NCBI GenBank assembly: GCA_001798135.1
Contig: MGRJ01000031.1
Span: forward strand, 57,589-121,588
From: Deltaproteobacteria bacterium RIFCSPHIGHO2_02_FULL_40_28
GTDB taxonomy: Bacteria; UBA10199; 2-12-FULL-40-28
Direction of reading: 5' to 3'
DNA: 64,000 nt
The notes below the pieces were generated by a model. That model saw nothing but the letters and a program-made list of their open reading frames with translations, made no database searches and was not told the DNA's origin. Positions 57,401 to 64,000 of this stretch are shown piece by piece (the stretch's first letter is position 1; each line of letters starts with the position of its first letter). A program made the position numbers and the translations under genes.

Positions 57401-59803
57401 TACTGTTTTCCAACCCACATCCAGTTGCAATCCACTGGGAAGCGCACGACCAGAAACCAATTGGTATTTTCCATCAACACCAATCATATAATCTCTGCCC
57501 GCCTCCGGTCCTACTTGCAACACATGGGCTTCTACTGCTCTTCCATTGAGATTCAAAGAATAGCGACCATCACCTAAGTAATTTACCTTAAAGCTATACT
57601 TGGTATCTTCTGTCTCCCTATTAATCACATCAACAGCAAAGCTGGTATCTAAAAGCCTGGCAAAGGGGACATGGCCCCTGTTAGATTCGGCCTGATATTC
57701 CTTTTGTCGGCCCAATAAAGTTTCGTGAGCTTTAAAGGCTGCAGCTAAAACAATGCTCAAATCTTTTTCGGGCTGGTTTACCAAACCACCACTCTCTACC
57801 AATTCATCTAGTTTGGTAGTCGTAGCTTCTGTTGATGAATTTTTTCGAAAAGTATCAGACTCTAAGTATTGCAAAATGGCTGCTGCAGGAGTTCTAAATT
57901 GGGGAACTCGAAGCATTTGAAGAGCCACGGCCATTTTATTAATGGCGTCATCTCTATTTTCACCATGGGCAAAAATATGCATGAATTGCGAATCGGCAAA
58001 TTCGTGAATTCCTCCTGGAGCTGCAAAAGAAGTATAGCCCCAAACACCGGGCATATTTCTAAAAGTGATCTCATGGGCACTTCCAGGAGAGGCCCTCCAA
58101 CCACGGTCGGGATCTCGTGCAGTAATACGAACAGCAATCACATGCCCACGCGGTGGAAGAGGTTCTTTGGTATCAAAATCAATGAGGGTATGTCCCCAGG
58201 GATCTTCTCCATACAGTCTTCGAATATCAGGAATACGATGAAGACTGGCCCCCATCTCAACATGCAATTGCGCCACAGGAAGATTTACTCCTGTAATCAT
58301 TTCACTTACAGGATGCTCTACTTGTAAACGAGGATTTACTTCTAAAAAGAAAGCTTCGTTGTCTACGGTGCTATATAAATTTTCAATGGTGCCTGCATTT
58401 TGGTAGCCCACCATTTTCATGGCAGCCACAGCAGATCGACGCATTTTTAAACGTTCATCTTCATGCAATCCAATAGGTGGACCTTCTTCAATTACTTTTT
58501 GAAAGTCTTTTTGAGTAGAACAATCTCGTTCGTACAAAACAATGGCCTGCCCATGCTTATCGGCCAAGCCTTGCAGCTCGATGTGCCGGGCATTGGGAAT
58601 AAAAGCCATGATTAACACAGGGCCCGCTACTTCGGCTTGAGTTTGCGTAAAAAGTTTTCGGATTTCCTCGTCGAGTGTTGCTGGATCTTCAATTAATTTT
58701 TCAAGCTTACGAATTCCCTTTCCTCCTCCTCCAAACACAGCTTTAAACATAAAGGGAACTTGAATATTTTTTTCACGAATAACGCGCACGGCATCATCAG
58801 CAGTAGTAACCGTTGAGAGGGCATAAATTTCAGGGGGAATATTGGTTACATCCTCAATGCGACCTTCTAAACCAAATCCACTCCAAGGAGCAATACGCAT
58901 GCCGGCCTTGCCGCCAACCAATAAGGCAGAAGCCTTGTCTCCAAAGGCATTCATGGCGCATGCTCGGGGACCAATAAAGCCAATTCCAAGTTCATCTAAA
59001 CGCGTAGGTAATGCTGGATTTTCAGAAGCAAAGCCCCAACCAGGCCACACAGCATCAACTCCATGGGTATGGGCTAAATCTACAATCAAATCGACATTAG
59101 AAAAATTATTAGCGGGACCTCCATCGGGTACTAAAGCAATTTCACAGCCCAGGGTTGCTGCTAAACGAATAAACTCGGCATTGGCTTTTAAATCCTGGGC
59201 TGTCACCATGATGACAAACTTGATTTCATCAGGGTGCCCAAAGGTTTCGTAAGACCATTGCCAGATAGAACGAATAAACTTGGCAGCAGCCATGCCTGAG
59301 TTTGCAATTAAAATTTTGCTTATGGGTTTTTCTGCACCAATAAAACTTGAATATTCATCAATGGAATTAAAACGACGGGAAGGGCTAATACTAACCACTC
59401 TTGGAATCGGAAACAAATTTGCAGGTACTACAAATATCCCTTCTTGGCTAAGTGCAGCTTGAGGCATAGACCACTTGGGAAATGCTAGATCCAAGGAAGA
59501 TAAATCACTGGGAATGGCAAGAGGAAAAACAACAACATCAGTATCAACAACAGTAATGCCATGTAAGTAAGCCTCTAAGGCTTGTTTCGCTGCTGCTCTT
59601 GGACCTTCTTCACCAGAAGTTCCGGCAAGAATAGTACCTAATTTTCTGATAATATCGGCAGGGGCAACCCAGTCTGTTGGATTACCTAATCCAAGGCTCT
59701 CACTTGCAGGGGCAAGAGCCACTTCAAGAGAGATTACTTCTCCTGAAACTTCTCCTGCAATGATTCTTCTCCAAGTTGCACTATCCGCCATAACATCCCT
59801 CAA
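51428..59803 (-). CDS. Single-chain multidomain acetyl-CoA carboxylase, eukaryote-type: biotin carboxylase, BCCP, central domain, carboxyltransferase, with extra N- and C-terminal extensions
   Basis: BC motifs (KILIANSGMAAAKFIRS, EVNPRLQVEHPVSE). Biotinyl-lysine motif IEYEAMKAV (Lys codon at about 57272). CT beta/alpha motifs (DIIIATNDFNIDYGSFSEAEDE; GG..VVVDP). 2791 aa. SD GAGGGA precedes the ATG at 59803. Confidence 0.85.
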   Translation of the reverse strand: MRDVMADSATWRRIIAGEVSGEVISLEVALAPASESLGLGNPTDWVAPADIIRKLGTILAGTSGEEGPRAAAKQALEAYLHGITVVDTDVVVFPLAIPSDLSSLDLAFPKWSMPQAALSQEGIFVVPANLFPIPRVVSISPSRRFNSIDEYSSFIGAEKPISKILIANSGMAAAKFIRSIWQWSYETFGHPDEIKFVIMVTAQDLKANAEFIRLAATLGCEIALVPDGGPANNFSNVDLIVDLAHTHGVDAVWPGWGFASENPALPTRLDELGIGFIGPRACAMNAFGDKASALLVGGKAGMRIAPWSGFGLEGRIEDVTNIPPEIYALSTVTTADDAVRVIREKNIQVPFMFKAVFGGGGKGIRKLEKLIEDPATLDEEIRKLFTQTQAEVAGPVLIMAFIPNARHIELQGLADKHGQAIVLYERDCSTQKDFQKVIEEGPPIGLHEDERLKMRRSAVAAMKMVGYQNAGTIENLYSTVDNEAFFLEVNPRLQVEHPVSEMITGVNLPVAQLHVEMGASLHRIPDIRRLYGEDPWGHTLIDFDTKEPLPPRGHVIAVRITARDPDRGWRASPGSAHEITFRNMPGVWGYTSFAAPGGIHEFADSQFMHIFAHGENRDDAINKMAVALQMLRVPQFRTPAAAILQYLESDTFRKNSSTEATTTKLDELVESGGLVNQPEKDLSIVLAAAFKAHETLLGRQKEYQAESNRGHVPFARLLDTSFAVDVINRETEDTKYSFKVNYLGDGRYSLNLNGRAVEAHVLQVGPEAGRDYMIGVDGKYQLVSGRALPSGLQLDVGWKTVFFPNEYDPSKILAEAPGKFIRYLVPNGSEVKKGMPIIEYEAMKAVSQMVALEDGILSYTIAPNTGVVAGDLLANIDLKEPDKVKKAVLFADQLRAMASPLKVGESLRSQYEWAYNQARQILGGFGPDSGMENLASLVINQLFTALENPRLPIEQFNYFYSVYQGSLPRTVREQLRSLVDAYAAGLAASPPPAFPSADILQIIARYEAGDQLARDSAREVQSLIERGDLKEAEREEKQAEILKAKQEAFKMAAKPFQELAENYKEGIAGNRNRVIRGLFAEFTKVEQAFQGKTYYRATVELKREKTIDVHAYSQAHNEIYMWEDAEAKSKKDKPVLKRNIFIAALMEQVSQKGLVGDLTGSLVGVKSLRGKAFDPLAHKAAQAILRNRQVGIEEGIRQVRSRILEINRSRPELRDGLIAALVGEHRSLFQLVVPHLFDTDPAVIDTALQVYVKRAYRGHEFSRIETHGYPLVGGGETQAVVWNYRSARAVRGRDARSGSMMVFQNQEQLERNWNMVLESFVGVPSGTERTLNLVLKEAPQGDEKAILAALQKIVDAQKNKFESYNINRMSFIINKPGVYPAFYTFRKDLSWKEDVIVRHMEPALAYTLTPNRMSWFDVQALPVPNHQIHLYYGREKVVNIRSGEGDPIWGRAVDQKPIKDKDRDSRFFVRHVVRGAKVRRNGIGAEQVIFIPRVEEAFSESLDAMEMTLRKGSPYDKTTFNQVFLNVSDPIDLETTNVAHVIQTIYERNLGRLKELRVGMVEVKLLLKDGNPAPKPYLFVASNPSGHKLEVHGYEEVTNGTTGQITYRALTFGAHDLGGKDRDTPYTPLDKIDKRRLFAQSRGQTYAYDIPKLIETADPSTVVSAVEMVVDRHGNLVSTSRPAGQNTVGMVAFKVTLCTPEFPEGRDIIIATNDFNIDYGSFSEAEDEVYQKASEYARKSGLPFLYVAANSGARIGVFEELKKAKKYALNDSSNPAQGGYVYLTEEQYPKFAEEILAEQITVEGETRWKITGIKDGPDGIGVENLRGSGTIAGEASKAYDEGLTFTYVMGLNVGIGAYISRLNRRVIQKRGTAMMLTGKDMMNELMGDEYYTDNQEFGGVNIHAANGNTRTVVEDDIAGMKTFLDWISFIPKVKGGELLIVKNTDPVNRTNLWKPLDPAMVYDPRFLIRGGPTPVAKEGTIAFEGEYAPGFLDEGSFKEDMGEWAKSVVTGRARWGGIPVAVLTPELRSTQKVIPADAAMRASSERRVDQAGKVWWSDSAWKTAEFMGDARREGLPLVVLPNWRGFSGGVDNMFDHILKYGSFIVDELRQYDAPVMIMLPPFGELRGGAWVVVDPTINHQDQATFWAESTSRGNVLEAGATARLKIWGKDDEFLKAKMRECDDAIIELESQLARVPADSGQTTGFKEQIAAREKILLPVYRSIATQFADAHDVPERMLTKGVINRIVDWKDFRSEGHQWLARSVAFDQLRKALLQASGRDGDTGEFNLTPVEAREKIRGWFNEDMATRGNPGRTNDELWADNAFVENWIQKNTAFLAEKINEAKFGQAVTLMERARGLLEMLPKPMRGRLSAVMGAESLAEGLLALVRTPPSGGPASSAPAGDPPPGDPPTEGQTQGFAPTVTTLAPDVGGDPRVAPVTLVTPVTVAQALGWVEKEQVNGAYVFSSTRHVRISVHDDGKIIRFSQVKTPSQSKGINKPIGIPFFTQQNIFERVRAAFPQVTHIVVAYEKTPEIFEGNTVLYRNGSSGFGEVAKSQRGPIYVKAGLANGVTPPERPSPGSGGGLPAEGQVPTREQGGSRGVEPTDRVGAGSQPVHDSGAGLEPAPTDSPLGLAIGGEVLGGLSAVSGANALSLAPRLVFLETPEERASRAATRGIYTEWVVQTARELLDTLGFHDLAIPTEMDQTPLAEVIAAVDADLGAEFAEMDIIPAEMELALRAAVQAENMEALAVIAEELEPARAGLEPAPTNGARGANVYQLARRRGEMTWVKAKI

Positions 59804-59949
59804 ACAAAAAAAAGGGAGGTTACAACCTCCCCTTTGATCTTAAGGCCGTTAACAAAAATAATACTTTCTTGTCAACAAAATCCTCCATAATCGTTGATTT
59901 TTTTGACGTTTTATTCTTCTGAAGGCATTCTTGACTTTAGACCGAGGGC

Positions 59950-60216
59950 TTGCTATCTGGCTCCATGGCCATTGAAATCTCGGTTTTAACCCATTTGATT
60001 GAAAAAGCCCTTCCAGGAGCCAAAATTATGGTAAAAGATCTTGTAGGAGATGGAGATCATCTTCAAGCCACGGTTATTGCTACTCAATTTGAGGGCAAAA
60101 CTCTTTTAGAGCAGCATAAAATGGTCCTAAATCCCTTAAAGGAAAACTTGAAGGAACGTTTGCATGCTTTGAGTGTAAAAACATATACTCTCGATCAATG
60201 GAACAAAAATAAATAA
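59950..60216 (+). CDS. bolA: BolA-family protein
   Basis: 88 aa, ...VKDLVGDGDHLQATVIATQFEGKTLLEQHKMV...LHALSVKTYT, next to grxD. Confidence 0.65.
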   Translation: MLSGSMAIEISVLTHLIEKALPGAKIMVKDLVGDGDHLQATVIATQFEGKTLLEQHKMVLNPLKENLKERLHALSVKTYTLDQWNKNK

Positions 60217-60225
60217 GGAGGAAAC

Positions 60226-60546
60226 ATGAGTGATGTTCAATCCACTATTCAAAAAATAATTAAAGAAAATCCTGTTGTTGTTTTTATGAAGGGAACTCCC
60301 GAGTCTCCCCAATGTGGTTTTTCAGCCCAAACCATTCATTGTTTCCAAGCTGTTGGAGCCCCTGTAAAAGGAGTTAATGTTTTGGCAGATCCTGCCATCA
60401 GACAAGGCATTAAAGATTTAACCCAGTGGCCAACCATTCCCCAAATTTTCATCAAAGGTGAATTTATTGGTGGCTGCGATATCGTTACCGAAATGTATGA
60501 ACGCGGGGAATTAAAAACAAAAGTAGGAGAGGCATTGGCGAAGTAA
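60226..60546 (+). CDS. grxD: Monothiol glutaredoxin (Grx4/GrxD, CGFS type)
   Basis: VVVFMKGTPESPQCGFS ... WPTIPQIFIKGEFIGGCD. Confidence 0.85.
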   Translation: MSDVQSTIQKIIKENPVVVFMKGTPESPQCGFSAQTIHCFQAVGAPVKGVNVLADPAIRQGIKDLTQWPTIPQIFIKGEFIGGCDIVTEMYERGELKTKVGEALAK

Positions 60547-60609
60547 TAAAGCGGGGCACAGGTTCAATGTCATCCTGAACCCTTCACCTGTCATCCTGAC
60601 AATTAAAAT

Positions 60610-60765
60610 TCCCCTCTCCCCTTGGGGGAGAGGGTGCAGGGTGAGGGGTAATTCAAAATTTTCACCCTCTCCCTAACCCTCCCCCCTCTTAACATTAAGA
60701 GGGGGTAACGGTTTTCCTTTTCTTACCCCCTCTTAGAATAAGAGGGGGGAGGGGGAGTTATCCCC
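60610..60765. repeat. Family B composite palindrome plus cttaacattaagaggggg sub-repeat
   Basis: cccctctccccttgggggagagggtgcagggtgaggggta...ttttcaccctctccctaaccctcccccctcttaacattaagagggggtaacgg...ccccctcttagaataagaggggggagggggag. Confidence 0.8.
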
Positions 60766-61339
60766 GTATTTCTTTTTCAAGACTCCCACAAAACGTTTCA
60801 AAAAGTTTAGCTTCGAGTGTAAGGCAAGGTTCTAAACTTTTTATTTTTCCTTCAGATAAAATTTTCTTAACTTTTGCTTCAATGGTAATACGGTGATTAG
60901 TTTCTTCGTTGATAATCCCCTCTAATTCTTCTCGCACAAGGGTTTCCTTGGTAATTTTTTGATACAAGGGGTACAGGGCCATAGCTCGCCTCTCAATCAA
61001 ACAAGTTACAAAAGCATAATTGGTGAAAGTGTTATTACATCCTAAATGCTCTTCAATAAGCTGGCATACCGAATGATCGAGCATTTGAAAATAACTTACA
61101 GCTTCATCAGCACACAGATACCCTGGGTTTTCTCCACCTAAAGCCTCACTCATTTTTTTCAAAACATAGGCATGGCGGGTTTCATCATGAAAATGTTCCA
61201 TGATAGCCAAACTTGGATGATCCTGACAAACAGTTTTACTAATTTTACGCGCCCCAATGTGTTCTAAAAGTGAAAGTGTATTAAGCCATCTGGCTTCCAA
61301 AGCTCGATGGCTTGTGATTTTTGCTAGAAGGGTTTGCAT
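60758..61339 (-). CDS. Ferritin-like di-iron carboxylate protein (MiaE-like?)
   Basis: Two ExxH motifs (EHFHDETRHA; EETNHRI) spaced as in di-iron four-helix bundles; 193 aa. Confidence 0.3.
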   Translation of the reverse strand: MQTLLAKITSHRALEARWLNTLSLLEHIGARKISKTVCQDHPSLAIMEHFHDETRHAYVLKKMSEALGGENPGYLCADEAVSYFQMLDHSVCQLIEEHLGCNNTFTNYAFVTCLIERRAMALYPLYQKITKETLVREELEGIINEETNHRITIEAKVKKILSEGKIKSLEPCLTLEAKLFETFCGSLEKEIRG

Positions 61340-61373
61340 CGAAGGATGCTTTAAACTCTTTAGTTTGTAAATG

Positions 61374-61628
61374 TCAAGACAGGGAATTAACGAAACGAGT
61401 TACCAAGGAAACACGACGAGCAGCTGTGTTTTTATGCAAAACATGCTTGGCAGCTGCTTTGTGATAAACACTCATCATTTCTGGAAGTAACTTTAAGGCT
61501 TCTGCCTTAGTAGAAATGGCTTTAAGCTTCTTGTGTAAAACCTTAATACCCGATTTCACAGTGTTATTACGAGCACGTCTCTTGCGAGATTGACGATGTC
61601 TTTTTAATGCGGATGCATGTTCGGCCAT
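61374..61628 (-). CDS. rpsT: 30S ribosomal protein S20
   Basis: MAEHASALKRHRQSRKRRARN..., a conserved S20 N-terminus; the ORF extends to 61661 but the conserved start is at 61628. Confidence 0.8.
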   Translation of the reverse strand: MAEHASALKRHRQSRKRRARNNTVKSGIKVLHKKLKAISTKAEALKLLPEMMSVYHKAAAKHVLHKNTAARRVSLVTRFVNSLS

Positions 61629-61930
61629 AAGGGGGTGTTCGTAACGCATTTCAGAAAACATGTCAAGACGTGTGTGGCGGGTCCTGCTATTTAAGTCGGG
61701 TTACTCGGCTGAAAAAAGCTGGGATATTTTCTGCAAAAGCCGCAGTCTTTCAAGACATCGAGTCTTGAAAGCTGCTTGCTCTCGCCGATTTGTTTTATTT
61801 CTCCGCAAGGACAAATCGGCTCCGAGACACTTTTGACAGAAAATACCCCAGCTTTTTTCACATCATTGATTTTTCACCTCTACACGTCTCCACTTGTTGC
61901 TTCATGGATATCCGTGTTAAAATGTGAGGT

Positions 61931-62953
61931 ATGAATTTTAGAGTAGGTGGACATTTGCTGGGCTTACATCGGGTACAAAAACCAAGTGGTTTTTTGCCAC
62001 AGGCTGCGAAGTGCCTTGATGCCTCCCTTCCCCCTTACGAAAACGAAATTACCGTTAAAGTAAGTATGCTTCAAATTGATTCTGCAAGTTTTAAAAACCT
62101 GCAAAATAAAGGCACAAGTATAGCCACACAAATTTGTGACATCGTTTCCAAGAGTGGAAAAATGCACAATCCCGAAACAAATTCGGGCGGAGTTTTTTTA
62201 GGAAATGTAAGTTACGTGGGATCTAAACATTCCCTTCATCAAAAAATTCATGAGGGAGATTCTGTAATTTCTCTTGTTTCTTTAAGCCTCACTCCCCTTC
62301 ACATCGAAAAAGTGATCGAAGTTGATTTTGATCGTGAACGAGTTTTGATTGATGGGCATGCCATTATTTTTGAAAGTGGAATGATCTCGCTGATTCCCAA
62401 AAATTTTAAAGAAGGCGTAGCCCTTGCAGCCCTTGATATTTGCGGAGCACCCGCTCAAACAAAACGTCTGGTTAAAAAAGGAGATACACTTCTTGTTTTG
62501 GGTTTAGGAAAAGCAGGTAAAACCATTGCCCTTCAAGGAGAATTAAATGGTGCACATGTTTTAGGAATTGATCCTGATCCAGAAGCTGTTTTGTGGTGCC
62601 AAAAAAATTTAAAAGGTACGTTTGAAAAGTTAGACGCCACCAATCCTGTTTCCGTTTTGGAATGGGTGGAATCTAAAAACAGGCGAAGCCTGTTGCCAGA
62701 CATAGTTATCTCCGCAGTTAATGCTCCTGGTTGTGAGATAAGTGCTATTCTTCCGGTTAAACAAGGGGGGCAGGTTCTTTTTTTTGGAATGAATACTTCT
62801 TTTGGGCGTGCTGTGCTAGGCGCTGAAGGGATTGGGAAAGATGTAACCCTGTTGATGGGAAATGGTTATGTACCCGGGCATGCAGATTTGATGTTTAATT
62901 TATTGCAGGACCACAAAGTTTTACGAGAATGGTTTGAAGAAAAATTTGGATAA
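61931..62953 (+). CDS. kdd: Putative L-erythro-3,5-diaminohexanoate dehydrogenase (Kdd-like)
   Basis: YENEITVKVSMLQIDSASF and Rossmann LVLGLGKAGKTIA. It lies immediately upstream of kamA, as in lysine-fermentation and beta-lysine clusters. Confidence 0.4.
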   Translation: MNFRVGGHLLGLHRVQKPSGFLPQAAKCLDASLPPYENEITVKVSMLQIDSASFKNLQNKGTSIATQICDIVSKSGKMHNPETNSGGVFLGNVSYVGSKHSLHQKIHEGDSVISLVSLSLTPLHIEKVIEVDFDRERVLIDGHAIIFESGMISLIPKNFKEGVALAALDICGAPAQTKRLVKKGDTLLVLGLGKAGKTIALQGELNGAHVLGIDPDPEAVLWCQKNLKGTFEKLDATNPVSVLEWVESKNRRSLLPDIVISAVNAPGCEISAILPVKQGGQVLFFGMNTSFGRAVLGAEGIGKDVTLLMGNGYVPGHADLMFNLLQDHKVLREWFEEKFG

Positions 62954-62993
62954 CCATGTATTGTCATTGCGATGACGTTTATGGAGAAATATC

Positions 62994-64000
62994 ATGGATC
63001 AAGTACAAAATATTCAAACAAGCGTTCTAAAAAATCAGGAAAACCTGTACTGGCAACGTTTTAAACGCTGGGCCAAGGTGACAGAAAAAGAATGGAACGA
63101 TTGGCATTGGCAGTATCAAAACTTGATTACCACTCCCGAAGAATTTATCGAACTTTTTCCAGAATTTGAAAATGAGGTAGCTGATATTCGTTCTACTTTG
63201 GGAAAATATAAATTTACTTCAACACCCTACTACATGGCCCTCATTGACAAAAATAATCCCGAATGTCCCATTAAGCTTCAAGCTGTACCCAGCAAACTTG
63301 AAATGCACATTACACCAGGAGTGGATCAACGTGATCCTTTAAATGAAGATAAAGATATGCCTGTACCTGGCCTGGTGCATCGTTATCCCGATCGTGTGCT
63401 TTTTTTAATCACTGAAATTTGTTCTCTCTATTGTCGCTTTTGTACGCGAAGACGTGTTATTTTAGAAAAACAAAGCCATATCGACAGACAAATTGATATG
63501 GGAATTGATTATATTAGAACTCATCCTGAAATTAGGGATGTGATTATTTCAGGGGGCGATGCCCTGGTTGTGGGTGAAAAATTATTAGAATCGGTTATTT
63601 CTCGTTTAAGAGCTATCCCGCATGTCATTACTATTCGTTTAGGTTCACGCATTCCTGTAGTTTGCCCCATGCGTATTACCCCTTCACTTGTTTCCATGCT
63701 TAAAAAATATCAACCCATCTTTTTTATGACGCACTTTAATCATCCAGCCGAGATTACCCCTGAGGCAAAAAAGGCTTGTGCCCTTTTGGTTGATAATGGT
63801 ATTCCTATTATGAACCAAACGGTTTTATTGAGGAAAATCAATAGTTGTCCCGATATTATGAAAGCTTTAAATTATGAATTAATCGGGATGAGGGTAAAAC
63901 CGTATTATCTTTATCAATGTGATTTGTCCGAAGGAATTGGACACTTCCGAACCCCACTTTCAGTGGGGCTAGAAATTATGAAGGCTCTTCGGGGCCACAT
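62994..64000 (+). CDS. kamA: L-lysine 2,3-aminomutase (radical SAM), 3'-truncated by the window end
   Basis: Radical-SAM CSLYCRFCTRR motif and KamA-specific blocks (HRYPDRVLFL, GGDAL). SD GGAG lies 8 nt upstream. Confidence 0.8.
   Translation, partial: MDQVQNIQTSVLKNQENLYWQRFKRWAKVTEKEWNDWHWQYQNLITTPEEFIELFPEFENEVADIRSTLGKYKFTSTPYYMALIDKNNPECPIKLQAVPSKLEMHITPGVDQRDPLNEDKDMPVPGLVHRYPDRVLFLITEICSLYCRFCTRRRVILEKQSHIDRQIDMGIDYIRTHPEIRDVIISGGDALVVGEKLLESVISRLRAIPHVITIRLGSRIPVVCPMRITPSLVSMLKKYQPIFFMTHFNHPAEITPEAKKACALLVDNGIPIMNQTVLLRKINSCPDIMKALNYELIGMRVKPYYLYQCDLSEGIGHFRTPLSVGLEIMKALRGH

Overview
This is a bacterial chromosomal window that is AT-rich overall but carries GC-rich palindromic repeats. 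Housekeeping genes present include tatD, ftsY, hisG, a parvulin-type PPIase, nirBD with a nasA remnant, purM, purN, purA, serA, a class V aminotransferase, bolA-grxD, rpsT, and kdd-kamA. It also holds five type II toxin-antitoxin pairs (RHH-PIN, three BrnT/BrnA, Phd-RelE), two paralogous DUF4143 AAA ATPases, and secreted TSP3/FG-GAP proteins. Three things stand out. (1) A minus-strand operon at 34409-59803 encodes a 2791-aa single-chain eukaryote-type acetyl-CoA carboxylase, then a 5243-aa type I FAS-like megasynthase (AT-like, MPT, two ACP-like, KS, ER-like TIM barrel, in a non-canonical order), then an Sfp-type PPTase. This looks like a self-contained eukaryote-like lipid synthesis system in a bacterium. 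(2) An initiator tRNA-Met gene is split by a ~661-nt group I-like intron that carries a PD-(D/E)XK homing-endonuclease-like ORF. (3) At least four families of short GC-rich palindromic elements are scattered through the window. They are repeatedly inserted in frame inside coding sequences (ftsY, the PPTase, the megasynthase, the ACC C-terminal extension, and the purN and aminotransferase 5' ends), much like Rickettsia palindromic elements. A GC-richer two-gene module (a 1228-aa P-loop protein plus a 390-aa membrane protein) may be a horizontally acquired system of unknown function. No CRISPR array or rRNA was found.
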